This document shows, one piece after another, positions 39,066-52,429 of a DNA stretch of 64,000 nt. A program made the position numbers and the translations under genes. Source of the DNA: Takakia lepidozioides (taxonomy: Eukaryota > Plantae > Bryophyta); the NCBI GenBank assembly GCA_030704615.1, contig CM060732.1, positions 11,346,001 through 11,410,000 of the forward strand, read 5' to 3'. Within the stretch, counting starts at the first letter, position 1. The number at the start of each line of letters is the position of its first letter. A model generated the notes under the pieces. It saw nothing but the letters and a program-made list of their open reading frames with translations, was not told where the DNA came from and ran no database searches.

Positions 39066-39733
39066 TGGGGGCATCGGCAACGATAGTTATGGGGGGCTGA
39101 AGCACCCTTGAGTGCCCAAGGCACTCAAGGAGGCGGAGGCGCTCACTAGGTGGAGCCCCGCACACCGGGTTGCGGTGGGGGTGGCTCCACAAGGGGTGGT
39201 GGTAGCTTAGCGGGACTTAGTGGGGGTGGCATAGGACTCACCATGGGGGCGGAGACCTCGTGGTGGGAGTCGTGGGGAGTCTTGGGACTCATCACGGTCC
39301 ATAGGGGGCCGTGATGAGCGGGCCAAGACTCACCGCGACTCATCACCGGGAGTCGAGGGTTTTCGTGGTGGTTCGCCATAAAATGGCATGGCTGGTTGTG
39401 AAACCCCCGCGGACAGCTACAGAAGTATATATAGGGAGTAGTAACCCCTAGAACGGTGCAAGCCCGTTGGTGACCAAAAACTAGTGAGTAAGCGAGCGAG
39501 CCGGAAAGCGACCAAAGAGTGGGGAGCTGTTCCGGACTGCCATCTACCAAAGGGAATTCCACTAGTCCCAATTAGGTGGAGGGTTTAGTGGGAAGCGAAG
39601 GGGGGGACCGTTATGTCCCGGTGAGCAGCCGAAGCTCCAAGTTGGCCCGGCGGCCAGGTTGGGAGTCAGGCGCGCGCATCAAAGCGAGTAACTATGACTT
39701 GAAGGGGAGCTTACCGAAGGGAGGTGCGCGACA
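39066..39733 (+). mobile_element. Truncated LTR copy (TGTCGCG family), inverted relative to 39968-40693
   Basis: Reverse-complement similarity to 39968-40640; ends GAGGTGCGCGACA. Confidence 0.85.
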
Positions 39734-39953
39734 CGAGCCTCCGGAAAATCCTCGGGCTCTGACTCCCCAGATTCCTCTCGTTCTTGAGTGGCCTCGCTTT
39801 CAAAAGCATGGCCTCCTCATATTGTCGCTTCGGCGACACGTCGCTCTCTTCGGGTTCACAAGGATTATCCTCTTTCGGGCCGTTCTGCTTTCGCTTTGGC
39901 TTGCCACCCCATGATGAGGCCGACCTCAAGGACAATCGCGTATTGAACTCTAA

Positions 39954-39965
39954 GCTCTGATACCA
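39954..39965 (-). other. Primer-binding site for tRNA-iMet
   Basis: TGGTATCAGAGC on the - strand, 2 nt after the LTR-terminal CA. Confidence 0.9.
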
Positions 39966-39967
39966 AG

Positions 39968-40693
39968 TGTCGCGCACCTCACTTCGGTAAGCTCCCCTTC
40001 AAGTCATAGTTACTCGCTTTGATGCGCGTGCCTAACTCCCAAACTGGCCGTCGGGCCAACTCGGAGCTTCGGCTGCTCACCGGGGCATAACGGTCCCCCT
40101 TTGTTCTCCCAAAGAACCCTCCACCGATTTGGGCCTAGTGGGAATTCCCTTTGGTAGTTGGCAGTCCGGAATAGCTCCCCACTCCTTGGTCGCTTTCCGG
40201 CTCGCTCGCTCACTCACTAGTTTTTGGTCACCAACGGGCTTGCACCGTTCTCGGGGTTACTACTACATATATGTACTTCTGTGACTGTCCGCGGGGGTTT
40301 CATAAACAACCATGCCATTTCGTGGTGAACCACCACGAAGACCCTTGACTCCCGGTGATGAGTCGCGGTGAGTCTTGGCCCACCCACCACGGCCCCATTG
40401 GACCGTGATGAGTCCCAAGACTCCCCACGACTCCTACCACGAGGTCTCCGCCCCATGGTAAGTCCTATGCCACCCCCACTAAGTCCCGCTAAGCTACCAC
40501 CACCCCTTGTGGAGCCACCCCCACTGCAACCCGGTGTGCGGGGCTCCACCTAGTGAGCGCCTCCGCCTCCTTGAGTGCCTTGGGCACTCAAGGGTGCTTC
40601 AACCCCCTATACCTATCGCTGCCACCGCCCCCACCACAAGGGCAGCCCCTCTTGTGTCCCGATCCCCTGCCCTCAAGGCAAAGGGCCGCGACA
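39968..40693 (-). mobile_element. Complete 726-bp LTR (5' LTR), followed by further partial copies to about 41690
   Basis: Termini TGTCGCG...CGCGACA with adjacent PBS. Partial repeats at 40694-41073 and (inverted, with PPT) 41360-41690. Confidence 0.88.
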
Positions 40694-41725
40694 CACGAGA
40701 ACCCTCGATTCCCGGTGATGAGTCGCAGTGAGTCTTGGCCCACCCACCACGACCCCGTTGGACCGTGATGAGTCCCAAGACTCCCCACGACTCCCACCAC
40801 AAGGTCTCCACCCCCATGGTGAGTCCCATGCCACCCCCACTAAGTCCCACTAAGCTACCACCACCCCTTGTGGAGCCACCTCCACCCCTTGTAGAGCCAC
40901 CTCCACCGCAACCCAGTGTGCAGGGCTCCACCTAGTGAGCGCCTCCGCCTCCTTGAGTACCTTAAGCACTCAAAAATGCTCAGCCCCCGTATCTATTGTT
41001 ACCACTGCCCCCACCACAAGGGCAGCCCCTTTTGTGTCCCGATCCCCCTGCCCTCAAGGCGAAGGCCGTGACAAACAGGGTGGCGGCCGCGCTTGTGTTG
41101 TGACAGCTACTTGCATTCATGTGGAGATTTGTTATCACCTTTGCATTGATGCCAATCATCTTTCTTCCTCCTAATATATTTGCTCTCTTTCTTCCACATT
41201 GTCAACAAGCTTGAGAGACTCCACCCTTGGCCGTGACTCGGAGGAAGCCGGCCTAACTAGCTAGTAGAGATTAGAGTCAAGTAGGGGTTTGGTTCTTTGC
41301 CATGCGACGCCATGGTACGGAGACAAACTCCTTGATGTGGGACGCCACAACTCGGATGTTCGTTTCTACAAAATGGACAAATCGATGATGACATCGACTC
41401 CCTGTTAGTAGGGGTGTGTGTCGCGGCCCTTCGCCTTGAGGGCAGGGGGGTCGGGACACAAAAAAGGCTGCCCCTGTGGTGGGGGCAGTGGTAACAATAG
41501 ATACGGGGGCTGAAGCACCATTGAGTGCCCAAGGTACTCAGGAGGCGGAGGCGCTCACTAGGTGGAGCCCTACACACCGGGTTGCGGTGGAGGTGGCTCC
41601 ACAAGGGGTGGTGGTAGCTTAGTGGGACTTAGTGGGGGTGACATGGGACTCACCATGGGGGCGGAGATCTTGTGGTGGGAGTCGTGGGAAGTGGCACAGA
41701 AAAGGGACTAGCTGTGTTTGTGTAT

Positions 41726-42319
41726 TTAGGGAGGACACTGAGTCCATGTGAGGCTTGGCCTTGCTCTCAATCTTACTATGTTGCAGCTTGACACAGTTTG
41801 CAGGGCACGATTTTCACGCAAAGCGATAGCCAAGAGCTTGGCTGAATCTGTGTTGATGTACATCCCAGCAATCTCAAGATGTTTTAGAAAGTTGTTCACG
41901 CGAAGCATCTCTGCGACGTGATGTACAATACTCAATTGTTCGTCTGCGAAAACATTGCAGGTGATGCCTAGGTCTCGTAAAGTCTGGTTGGAGTACAAGC
42001 CTCTGCAGAACTCCTGCCACTCCACTTCGTAATGTGACTTTGGTTGCAGCTCCAAGGACTCTATACCAACGACGGAGGAAGTAATTGCACGGAGAACTGC
42101 CAATCGAATGTTGTGATGGCGGCTCTCATCTTTCTGCGAAGGAAATCTGTAAAACGACTCCCGACGATTGTCGGCGAATTTTACCGTAACATAATACACC
42201 TCAATGGCGACATGATGTGCATCGCGAGATGAGACCGATAAACGCAACTCCTCTACCTCCAAATGGTTATCACTCGCCATTACAACCGGAAGAAAGGGGG
42301 CCCTCAAATACGACGACAA
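41726..42319 (-). pseudogene. Truncated ribonuclease-inhibitor-type LRR protein N-terminus (TORNADO1/ROCO-like)
   Basis: FCRGLYSNQTLRDL, VAEMLRVNNFLKHLEI, LAIALRENRALQT repeats; the ORF ends close to an LTR fragment. Confidence 0.6.
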
Positions 42320-43194
42320 CCGCTTCCGACAAGTCCACGTTCGTATCGAGAAGCACGAGCTTTGTACACTTTGTGTACGATGAGAGCGATCGGGAACTTG
42401 ATTGAAAGGTGAGAATCGGACACTCAGTCTGCCATCCGCACGTCAGTATAGTAAGGTTCCCCCTCTAGACACGGTTAGCTGCACATGAAGCCCTTTACAA
42501 GCCCTTGCAAAGCGATGGGGCGATCAGCCACCATGTAATGCAGAAACCATCACCTTTCTGCATTCAGCGAGGTGGCTCGGCGTTCACGGCCCCCTGCTAC
42601 AAAACTGAAAGTAAAAAGTGCAGATGCAAGTTCAGACCTCAGAGTTTGTCTCAGACCAGACCACCCATTGTCGTCAGCGTGCTTTCGAAGGAACGGGTGG
42701 GACATGACGGTCCCAAGGTGCAGTGTAACGCCACTTGAATGATCGTGCAGGAGCTTTGCCCTGTCTACACGCCTCTCGCTTATCTGCGGTACTAGCCTCC
42801 TCAGCCGCATTCATACTCGCCAGAAACTACCTAGCCGGGACATTGCAGACACATTGCAATTGAGGTCGCACGAGTGGGACCGTAAGTATCAGGCGTGAAG
42901 GCACGAACATTTGGTTGCCCATGTGACATTGTCCCCGTCCTCTCTGCCACCCAAAACCATGCAACCAACTGGAATCCCAACAACGAGGACCCAGTGCCCA
43001 CTTGCGTGTCCTTTACCATCTACTCACAACACTTCACCGGTCCCGTCTCGACGCACGGGACCCACGTGCATTCGACTCCCGAGCCCTCTTTGAGCTCGGC
43101 CGGCGCCACATATCTCTACTGCTTCACAGGCAACTGGTTCCCAGGTTTCCTTCACTTCAAAACTGCCTTGTGCAGTAAAAGTATGATAGGACAT

Positions 43195-43682
43195 CACGGT
43201 CCAATGGGGCCGTGGTGGGTGGGCCAAGACTCACCGCGACAGCGAACAAGCTGCATCCATTGTCTTCACCTACCGACACCCTGTCAGTCGTGAGAATCAC
43301 CGGGAATCGAGGGTTTTCGTGGTGGTTCGCCATAAAAGGATGGTGTTGTTTGTGAAACTCCCGCGGACAGTCACAGAAGTATATATAGGGAGTGGTAACC
43401 CCGAGAATGGTGCAAGCCCGTTGGTGACCAAACACTAGTGAGTAATCGTGCGAGCCAGAAAACGACCAAGGTGTGGGGAGCTGTTCCGGACTGCCAGCAA
43501 CCAAAGGGAATTTCCACTAGGCCCAAATTGAGAGAGGGTCTTGTGGAGGAGTAAAGGGGACCGTTATGCCCCGGTGAGCAGCTGAAGCTCGGAGTTGGCC
43601 CAACAGTCAGTTTGGGAGTTAGGCGCGCATCAAAGCGAGTAATTATGACTTGAAGGGGAGCTTACCGAAGTGAGGCGCGACA
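43195..43682 (+). mobile_element. Partial LTR copy (TGTCGCG family)
   Basis: Similar to 39290-39733; ends GAGGCGCGACA. Confidence 0.85.
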
Positions 43683-45728
43683 ATGCTCTCAAGTTCAATG
43701 TGCCGTTTCAAATGAAGTAACCATCACAAGCATAGCCGCCACCTCTCAGGTTCAATGTAGTACTACCATTTCATCTTTAACATATAGTATAGACCCTCCG
43801 TCACAAAAAAAAAACTATTATTTTCCTCGAAACCATAGCCACCATAATCGCTTCCGTCAACTTAAAAGATATCCGAGTCGGTTCTATGCCTTAATGATGC
43901 TATTCACTCATAGGTTCAGGGTGTTTCATCGGGTATTTGAGCTGTATAGTACCGGCAATGTTCAAGGTCCACGGTTCTCTCTTATGCTCATAACCTCCGA
44001 CTATACTTTGCAATTTCAAGCACAACCTTAACATAATATCTCTCAAACCCCATGTTCAATTTTTCTAGTAAATGAACCTATGTATTAAACTCTGATTTCT
44101 CGAGAGATTTCAGTTTATAGACAAACTGAATGAAGACCACCATCTTGAGCTTGTTTTGCCATCCATCTAAACCCCTCCAAGACCAACAATAACATATCTT
44201 CCTCCTTGAGGTTAAGAGCAACACTTCCATCTTCACATCGTCCAGAAAACAAAGTTGTGGATACCACATCAGCTTTGGACACTAACTATGAGGTCTCAAA
44301 GCTGGTTCCGCAAGAAAGTCCCTAGGGCGCTAATCCAGGCCCTGGATGACACAAGATTCTATTGGACTCCAAAAGTATGATTGCAGAGAACGTAAGAAGG
44401 CCCACTAGAGTAAGCACAAGAGCAAAGTAGGTCTTGAGGGGGGGTCCATCCTTCTTCGGTTTCTTGTCACCTGCATGCTCAACAAAATCAAATCGCTTTC
44501 CGAAAGCCTTCAATGCGTCAATCTGATCGCTCAACACCTGGAAGTCCATACATAGTTCCTGTTTATGAAAATGCTAGGCATGTGATGATAGTCATTCTGG
44601 ACAAATCTCAGAAGCACATCTATCATTCATTTGCCCAACAAGATTTTTCTACAATACCAAAGCTTTCCTAGTCAGGTTGAGTAAAGAGCGGGCCATCATA
44701 CGCAATAAATTAAGAGGATATGCTCTATATGCTCCAACGATCACAGGGGAAGGGATGAGTTGATGGTGTGAGCTTGAAGTTCATGTACTGTCAACATCAT
44801 AAATGACTTCCCTTCCCTCCTTATGACAAAATATCTCTAGGATCCCCATGTCAACTTCTAATGGTAACGGGACCTTCATACATGAATTAAACTGTAATTC
44901 CTCAAGATTTCAACGGACGGACTAAGGGAGGGCCACCAACGTGATCCCTCCCAAAATCTTACTATCCCAATACCCAACGTACCCAGAGTGCAGGTGGGTA
45001 GTCGGCACCACCATGCGCTCCCTGCTGCTCTCCTTTCAAACAGGCCCTCCAATGTCCATTCCTGAAGTCTAACACACCCGCATCCGGGCCTATACACTGA
45101 TACAACTGTGAAGCACTTGGGTGGCCCATGCGTGCACTATCCAGCTAAAAGCTACCAGTTGCTGTGAAACCTTAAAAAAGGGGAGAGTGTGGGCCCGGGT
45201 ATTCCCAAGTGTGACTATTCAACTTGATGATTCGGTGTCAGCGGTAGTCGGCAAAAGGCACAGTATGTGGTGGACATGCGTATCTAGTTGCTAGTCTTGC
45301 GCTAATGTGTGATGGAGCTCGTAGGAGATCTGGAGGCCCTGGGATGCGTCTGGTGTGACCACCTAGTGCTTAGTATTAGGCTGGTTTTTAATATGTATTC
45401 TGGAAACTTGGGCCCTCGCAGCTCGTTTACGATTTGGGGATACTTGTGTACTAATCCCCCTATCACTTAAGAGGAGAAGAGGCAGAACCCTGTAGGAGGA
45501 ATCTTGCATTGCAGGAGGAAGCCCTGTAAAACGTTAGAAAAGGAATCGGTCATACTCACCACCTCTCTGGTTTTGGCTCGTCAGTTGTATGTTTTTCGGT
45601 AAGCAATTCAGGCCCCCAAACCCACCTCTCCCAGACAGATCTAGTTCTCTGCTTCCTTGCAGGCAAGGAAGTCGGTGTGGTATAGGCAACCTCAAATGTC
45701 ACTCATCAGACATTCACGGGTTAATTAA

Positions 45729-48700
45729 CCCCTATTGGACGAGTCGACCTGATTCGGGTCGATTGGATATTTCGACCGTCAGTGGGCCCCTTGGATGAAT
45801 CTGGATGAAGATGGGCCCCGAACAAAAGTTGTAGCCCTTGAGATTCTGCGCCGGACAGAATTTATTGCACCCTAATTGGACAAATCCTGCGCCGTCAAGA
45901 TTATTTGAAGTGATGATGAGCACCCAAAATCCAATGGTTTCTGGCCCTCCACGGGCTTTGACCTAGCCACGTGGCAGGCAAAATGGGCATCGGTGGCCCG
46001 ATGTCGGCGATCGGGTGTATGCAGGGTTGGCATGTCCGCCCGTGCGGACATGGGATGCCACCCTGTGGCCAGTGATGGGTGGCGGCAGCGTGGAACGAGC
46101 TCTCTCTTCGCACGCACAGAGTCTGGGTTCCTGGAGCTTGCAAATCGTGGCCCCTCTCCCATTTCCTTGGCGTTTTTGTGTGCATGTTTTGCTCGATCTT
46201 CCGTGGATCGCCCGCATTCGCTTCGTAGGGGGTGTATTTCTGGGCTTCATTTTCGGGTCATGGCGACTTACCTCTCCTAGGCTCGAAGCGGCGGGAGCTG
46301 TTCCGTTTCCTGCTGTGTGTTCTAGACATTAGAGCTTGGGGTGTGATTGCATTTACGCAGATGTTAGGGCTGAGTGTTTGGCGTTTAGATTCTTGTGCCC
46401 TGCCGAATTTTTATTGTAATGCAAGTTGTCATTTTTTCTTGCATGTCGTTTTGTGAAATGCTTTTATGCATTTGGGCTCTGTGTTTTGTGTGGTAGGGGA
46501 TGGTTGCAAGGGAGCGTGGTGTGTTGGGGTTTCATTTTGCAGCTGGTTTTGGAGAGTTTGCGAAATTTGCCGAGGTACATCATTCCTTCTTGTGCTTGGG
46601 GAAGATGGGTCATCTGCATTGATTCATCGTGAGGGTTTGCATTCATTTCCTGTGATCTCTGTCGGTCTCACGGATTCGTATGGCACCAAAGAGGAAGGAC
46701 GCTCCTGTGCCTGAGCCACCGTCGCCCCCACCCGAGCTTGCAGCTGTCGCGGAGGTTATAAGGGAGTGGGCGCTTGAAGAACAGCACTGCACTCCCGAGC
46801 AGTGCAAGGTAATATTGGGGTGTCTGTCTCCTGCCTTCCTCTGTAGTTTGCCTCCACCGCCGTTCGCCAATCGTTGGCCTCGCCACCCTCGTCCTCACAA
46901 TTTTCGCTTTCTGTTTAGACGCCAGGTGGCTCTAGTTCTTGGTTGGAGAGAGAGAAGAGAGGAAGGTGATAACGAGGGGTTCAGTGACGCTGTGAATTCT
47001 GTTTTGAGAGATGATGTCTGGCCCGATGCCGATAGTCAGGCGTCTGAAGGAGTTGGCTCGTGCAAAGAGGTCGGTTCCTGCAAGTGTGACAACACATCCC
47101 AAAGGTGTGGTGAGGAAAAAAAATAAGGGAGTGGTGAATTCGGGTATTGTGGGATGTGTTGGCGGACCTCTGAGTGCTGGGAGCAAGCTTGCCGTCGGTC
47201 GGGCTGCTTTGGGGGACATGCATCCCAACATTGGTGCACTGGTTCCTTTTGGTGAGGGGTCTTCTAATCCTGTTTTGGGCCACGATGAGGCCTCCTCCGA
47301 CATGGACGAGGATTTTGAGGGTGACGATGGGTACATGGGCGACTCTGTTGACGAAGCAGACTGGGAAAACGAGGTGGTTGATATGGAGCGTGATGAGGAA
47401 ATCTCGGCCGATTTTGTGGAGATGTTCAAGGCAAAGACGTGGGAAACCAACGCAGGCTCTGACTTTGTGAGTGATAGAGTTGCATTTTTTGGCCCTCAAC
47501 CTGGTCCCTGCCTGCCTGAGATGAAGGGCTCACATCCGATTTGCTTTTTTGGTTTGTTTTGGAGGCGACAAGTGCTTGGGCGAATATGTAGGGAGTCCAA
47601 TCGTTATGCTGCTGAACCTTTTGGTACGGGCACTCGTGGGGGCCTCGGTGGAAAGAGCTCACTGTTCCTGAGCTCAGGGCTTGGATTGGAGTCTGTGTCT
47701 TCATGGACATGAAGAAGTTGCCCCGAACACGATTTTACTGGCAACACTCGGAGACATTCTTCGCTTGTCCTGTCATCCGCAAAGTGATGACTCGAGATAA
47801 GTATGAGGCCATACTCCGTTGTTTGCATCTTGTTGACAACGCCACGTTGGTGGCAGATCGTAAGAGTCGGAATTATGATAAGCTCGGAAAGCTTAGGTGG
47901 GTGTGTGAGGAGATTGTGGATAGGTGTAAAAGTCTCTGGAATCTGAACAAAATGGTGACTGTCGACGAGGTGATGATCCGTTACAAGGGGAAGTACTCCC
48001 CAATTAGGATGTATATGCCTAAGAAACCATGCAAATGGGGCATCAAGGTGTGGGCCTTGGCTGACTCGGAGACTTCATATGTCTACGACTTTTCAGTGTA
48101 TGTTGGTAAGAATACAGGAGGGCCAGATGGCGAGAGGCAGAAAAGTGGGAAGGGAGAAGGTTATGATGTGGTCACCCGGCTGGCCGACGGGCTGCATGGT
48201 TTGGGGCATGTCATTGTGACTGATAATTACTTTACAGGGGTCCAGCTTCTATATGACATGGCCAAACTTGGCACTTGGGCCACTGGCACGGTAAGAGTGA
48301 ACATAAAGGGTCTTCCTCCCTCTTTGCTGAAAATGAAAAAATCCAAGACTGCCAAGCAAGGGCAGTCATGGTACAGGATGCATGAGTCCAGGGAGGTGAC
48401 TGCTGTGTTGTGGTGGGATAAGAAGGGTGTATTCTTACTGTCATCTGCAGCTAGGCCAGCTTGCAGCCCTTCCTCTCCTGTGACTGTACGCCGTTTTGTG
48501 GGAAACCAGAGAGTGTCTGTGCCATCCGTACCTGCACATGTGTAAGACCAAACGTACATGCGAGGGGTGGATGTGCAGGACCAGCTTAGGGGTGCGTACA
48601 GCTTGCAGCTGCGCACAAAGAAGTGGTGGCATCGTCTGTTTTTTTTTTTTATGGATACCACGCTAGTGAATGCGTATATCTTGCATTCTGCACTGGAGAG

Positions 48701-50375
48701 AAGGAGGGGGCGTCGGGCCATGACCCATCTACAATTCAATCTGGCTGTGGCATATGGTTTGACAGGGGGTTGTTGCACTGACAACATTGACACCACGGAG
48801 GATTCAGAATGCACGTTTGTGCATCAGTGCCTTCACACCACACGGCGGCGAGTGTGTGTCATGTGCCATGTTCGTACTCACCATTACTGCCCTGGCTGCG
48901 ATGGCAACCACTTGTGTCTTGGGCGAAAAATGAGGCACACCGGCATGCCTTGAGGTGACTGAATTCTGGCTTGTTGCACTGTCTTCTTTCTTTGTGTGTG
49001 CATATGTTTGTGTGGGTGGGGGTTCACCAGGGTGTGGGACTGCATGCAGGTATGCTGGAGGCTGTGGATGGCGTGTGTGCGTGGGGCGTGGGGTGTGGGT
49101 ATCTCTAATCTGTGGTGGGTATGGGTTCTTCTCAGGTTGGGGGGTTTTGTGTGTCCATGCTGGTTGATGGGCAGTGGGGGTCATGGGGGGCTGGTGGTGA
49201 CGGTTCAATGGTAGTGGAGGGGTGTGGAGGTCATGCTGCTGGTGGTTGATGGGCAGTTTTGAGAGTGGGGGGGTCATGGGGGTCTGCTGCTTGCTCATTG
49301 TGGGCTGTTTTGGTGATGGGGGAAGGGCTGGTGATGGTTCACAGGCTGTGGGGGTGATGGGGATCTGCTAGTGCTGGTTGAGGGGCTGTGGAGGTGATGG
49401 GGGTCCTTCAGTGTTGGCGTGTGTGCGTTGTGTTTGGGTGGTTTCACAGTTTTTTTTGGGGGGGAGGGGGAACTATCTGCACACTGGGCAGATCGGGGGG
49501 TTCAACTCCCCCCCAGTTCGTGGATCATGTCTTCAGGGTGGTGTGTGGTTTGGGTTCGCTACATTAAAATGAAAAGCAGGAGCTCACGGGGAGCTTGAAC
49601 ACAGATGGGCCACATTCGTGACGGTTGGTAGTTCTTAGTTTTTCAGTTGCCTGTTGGGTGGAACGCCAAAACGTCGGGCGTTCCCGGGCCCTTTTTTGGG
49701 TGTCGATTTTGGCGTCCCCCGAGTTTTCTGTGTCAATCGGTGACGTAGCCCCCTTTCTGTAGCCGGAATTGTCTACCGGCTCAGGCAATACATGGCCTGA
49801 GCTGGGATTCAAGTAGAAATACACCTACTTAGAAATCTCTGCCTGCATTTTGGTTAGAATTCAGAAATTCTTTTTGGAGGTAGTAGGAAATCATAGGAGG
49901 AACAATTCCACCGTTGGAATTCTGGTTCCAATGAAAATTTCGACCCCTATGGCTGAATTACAGGTCAATTGACTCAAATAGTGCTTTTTGACCCCCCTGT
50001 TTTCCCATACAAAGGAACCCTATGTAGACTTTGGAATTCTGCTTTGCAAATTTGGGGCAAGTTGCTTTAGGTGCTTGAGAATTGGAATGTGGTTGGGGTC
50101 TTGCAAGGAATAAATATTTTTTCGGTCCAACTGCCTGGTCAAACCAATTTTTCCCTCTAAAATTGACAGATTTAGAGCTTACCATTTTGTTATAATCTTC
50201 CTAATGACACGGTGAAATGGGCTGAAAGTCTTACAGCAGGTGCATGACGTAGGTAGCGTCCTTTACATACGGTTCATCCCTGTGGATGTTTCTTAGCTGG
50301 GAGATATACCCTCATCACTGAGGGTATGTGCTGTTTTGGAGTGGGCCCACCAAAAACAGCCTCGTCCATTAGGGA
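45729..50375 (+). mobile_element. piggyBac-like DNA transposon, 4647 bp
   Basis: TTAA at 45725-28 and 50376-79. 15-bp TIR CCCCTATTGGACGAG versus TCCCTAATGGACGAG (reverse complement of right end). Internal transposase. Confidence 0.88.
46680..48953 (+). pseudogene. piggyBac (PGBD-like) DDD transposase with N-terminal extension; frameshifts and a stop at 48543
   Basis: TVDEVMI.YKG...YMPKKP.KWGIK, TDNYFT, TGTVR, W.DKK.V.LLS, YMRGVDVQDQL..Y.....KKWWHRLF....D....NAYIL. Cys-rich tail RRVCVMC..YCPGC...LC. Confidence 0.9.
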
Positions 50376-52105
50376 TTAAGGTACATCCAAAACGGGTTAA
50401 AAGCTCCATCTGTGTTTCAGCAGCCCGACTCATTTGATCGCAAGAGCTGGCAGGCTGCAGCTGCTCCAAATTTGGGTTCCCAAGCTGTTTTATTCATTCA
50501 AAAGATTGGTAACTGCCTCTTTTACACTAAAACTCCGGTTGGCTTCTTTCATTTCATTTGCTAACCCGCCCGTTGCCCAGCTGAAGCTGCCCGAACCTAG
50601 GAGTAGGGGTGAACCCTAGCTAGTAGTAGGAGACATGATCGTGGGCAGAGCTCAGTACAATGTCCCGACTCAGCACTTACAATTCACTCACTTGGCCCGT
50701 GTCGCCCCATGTGCCCACTTGAGGAACTGGTGCGCACTGTGACATAGGCTAAGTAGTTAATGCTCAGTCAACGACGCGCGCCGAGGTCATGAGGTCACGT
50801 CGAGGCATGATTGCATTAGGGCCCAGTGCTGTGCCCACTGTGCTGCCGACACAGTAAATACGAAATGATGACAAGTGTGTGGCTTCCTTGACTACGCTAG
50901 TTATTAGCACGTTACTAGGGGTTGAAAGGAGGCCACATGGGCTGCTACGTGCACAGCGCGGGTCAGATTCGGGATGCGTGTGTGGGCCTCGTGCGTGCGG
51001 TAGGGCTGTGCGGCTCATAAATGAAAGGGGCTTACTTTTCCCCCTCTTGCACGGGCCTGAATTGTGGGCAGCGACTCCCAGTTTCCCTTGTTTTAAAAAC
51101 ATTTAAGCTTGGAAAATAATATAGGTGTACCGCAACGTCAACGAAAAAGAATCGTGCAATGGCCAATGGACATGCGCTGGACTGCCTCAAAGTGTCGGGT
51201 AGACATGCGCGATGCCTGCATTGGAATGACGTGGCTATTGTCGGGGCTAACAGGTGGCTAATGAACTTTCTAGATGCTTCATAGAAAAAGAGCGTGGCTA
51301 TCGCCCCAGAGCCTAGAGGGCTAAGCAAGGTGGAGGGACGCCCGTGTGTAGATACTAGTAGTGTTTGTAGCACGTACCTGAGTATGCATCAAGTAAGAGA
51401 GGAGGTGGCAAGAAGAGCGAGTGGTGGAATTGAAGCGTGTAGCAAGAGACTCAGTAGGGGGCGACCCAGAAAAGTGGAGGGACGGGACAAAAATGTGCAT
51501 CACGCACAGGCGGCATAGGATTGGACGTCCAGGTTGAACTCTTTGGATCATTGGAATTTTTGTAGAGGACAGATGTCTCGTTGGTTCTTTCTGTGCAATG
51601 GAATGTTCAAATGGTCTTCTAAAGAACATTAGAAGAACACTAACCACAAGTGTCATTCAAATCACTAACCCATATATATCAAGGATTGGATAGATGTCCA
51701 CCGCCCGGACACACTGTTACCTATGTGCAAGAATTTAGGACAAGTGTAGCAGTACAAAGATGGACACATACATGGATAGGTATGTTAGAATAATATGGTT
51801 GGCGTCATCTCTCTCTCTCTTTCGATAAACCCAAGCGAGCGTAATGACATGTTTTCCCAACTCATGCAGAAGAGAGCACAAGTATGCAACTACTGTATTT
51901 ATCTCTCCACGTGCTTCATTACATTGATAATCTTGCTCTTCACATATTGAGAAAATGTCTGCCAAGGTGCTTTTCTATAACATTTCCACAAGATGCACAC
52001 CATAACTACATTTGTTTGGTCCAGAATACTGAGTGTCGAGTTCCTATTTACGACCTCCAGAGTATCTTTCCTGTGGTGAAGAGAAGAAAGAGGGGATATT
52101 GAGGT

Positions 52106-52429
52106 ATGGAAGGGACCAAAATTATCAACAAGACTGGCCGTCCTATGGCGTTGATAGAATCCTCTGACGGCATACTTCCTCCAGTTTTGGAAGAATCCTC
52201 AGATGGTTTAGACAAGGCAAAAGGGGAGGCAACAACTTCATGCTTGACCACACTGAAAGATGGTGATACCTATGACATCTGCTACAACAAGGACTACAAG
52301 TATGGTCTATACTACAATTTACATCTTGTTCTTGAAGTTGATGGTGATGACATAGCCGGGAATGAAAGTGTCACCATAAAAGGTTACTCAAAATCATATG
52401 ACCCGCGGCCTTCCCGCAGAAGTCAGTAA
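52106..52429 (+). CDS. Small protein of unknown function (paralog 1)
   Basis: ATG-initiated 107-aa ORF; shares T.IINKTG.P and V.GD.....E..TI..YSK...PR with the next ORF. Confidence 0.55.
   Translation: MEGTKIINKTGRPMALIESSDGILPPVLEESSDGLDKAKGEATTSCLTTLKDGDTYDICYNKDYKYGLYYNLHLVLEVDGDDIAGNESVTIKGYSKSYDPRPSRRSQ

Noticed and set aside
40368-40935. Extensin-like Pro-rich (and antisense Gly-rich) ORFs, also at 29232 and 39146
   Set aside because: They are translations of a C-rich segment of the repeated LTR.
44078-44549. Short ORFs with a hydrophobic segment
   Set aside because: No recognisable family and the frames are broken; cannot be supported without a search.
48955-49560. Gly/Val/Cys-rich and antisense Pro/His-rich ORFs
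   Set aside because: G/T-rich low-complexity 3' region inside the piggyBac.
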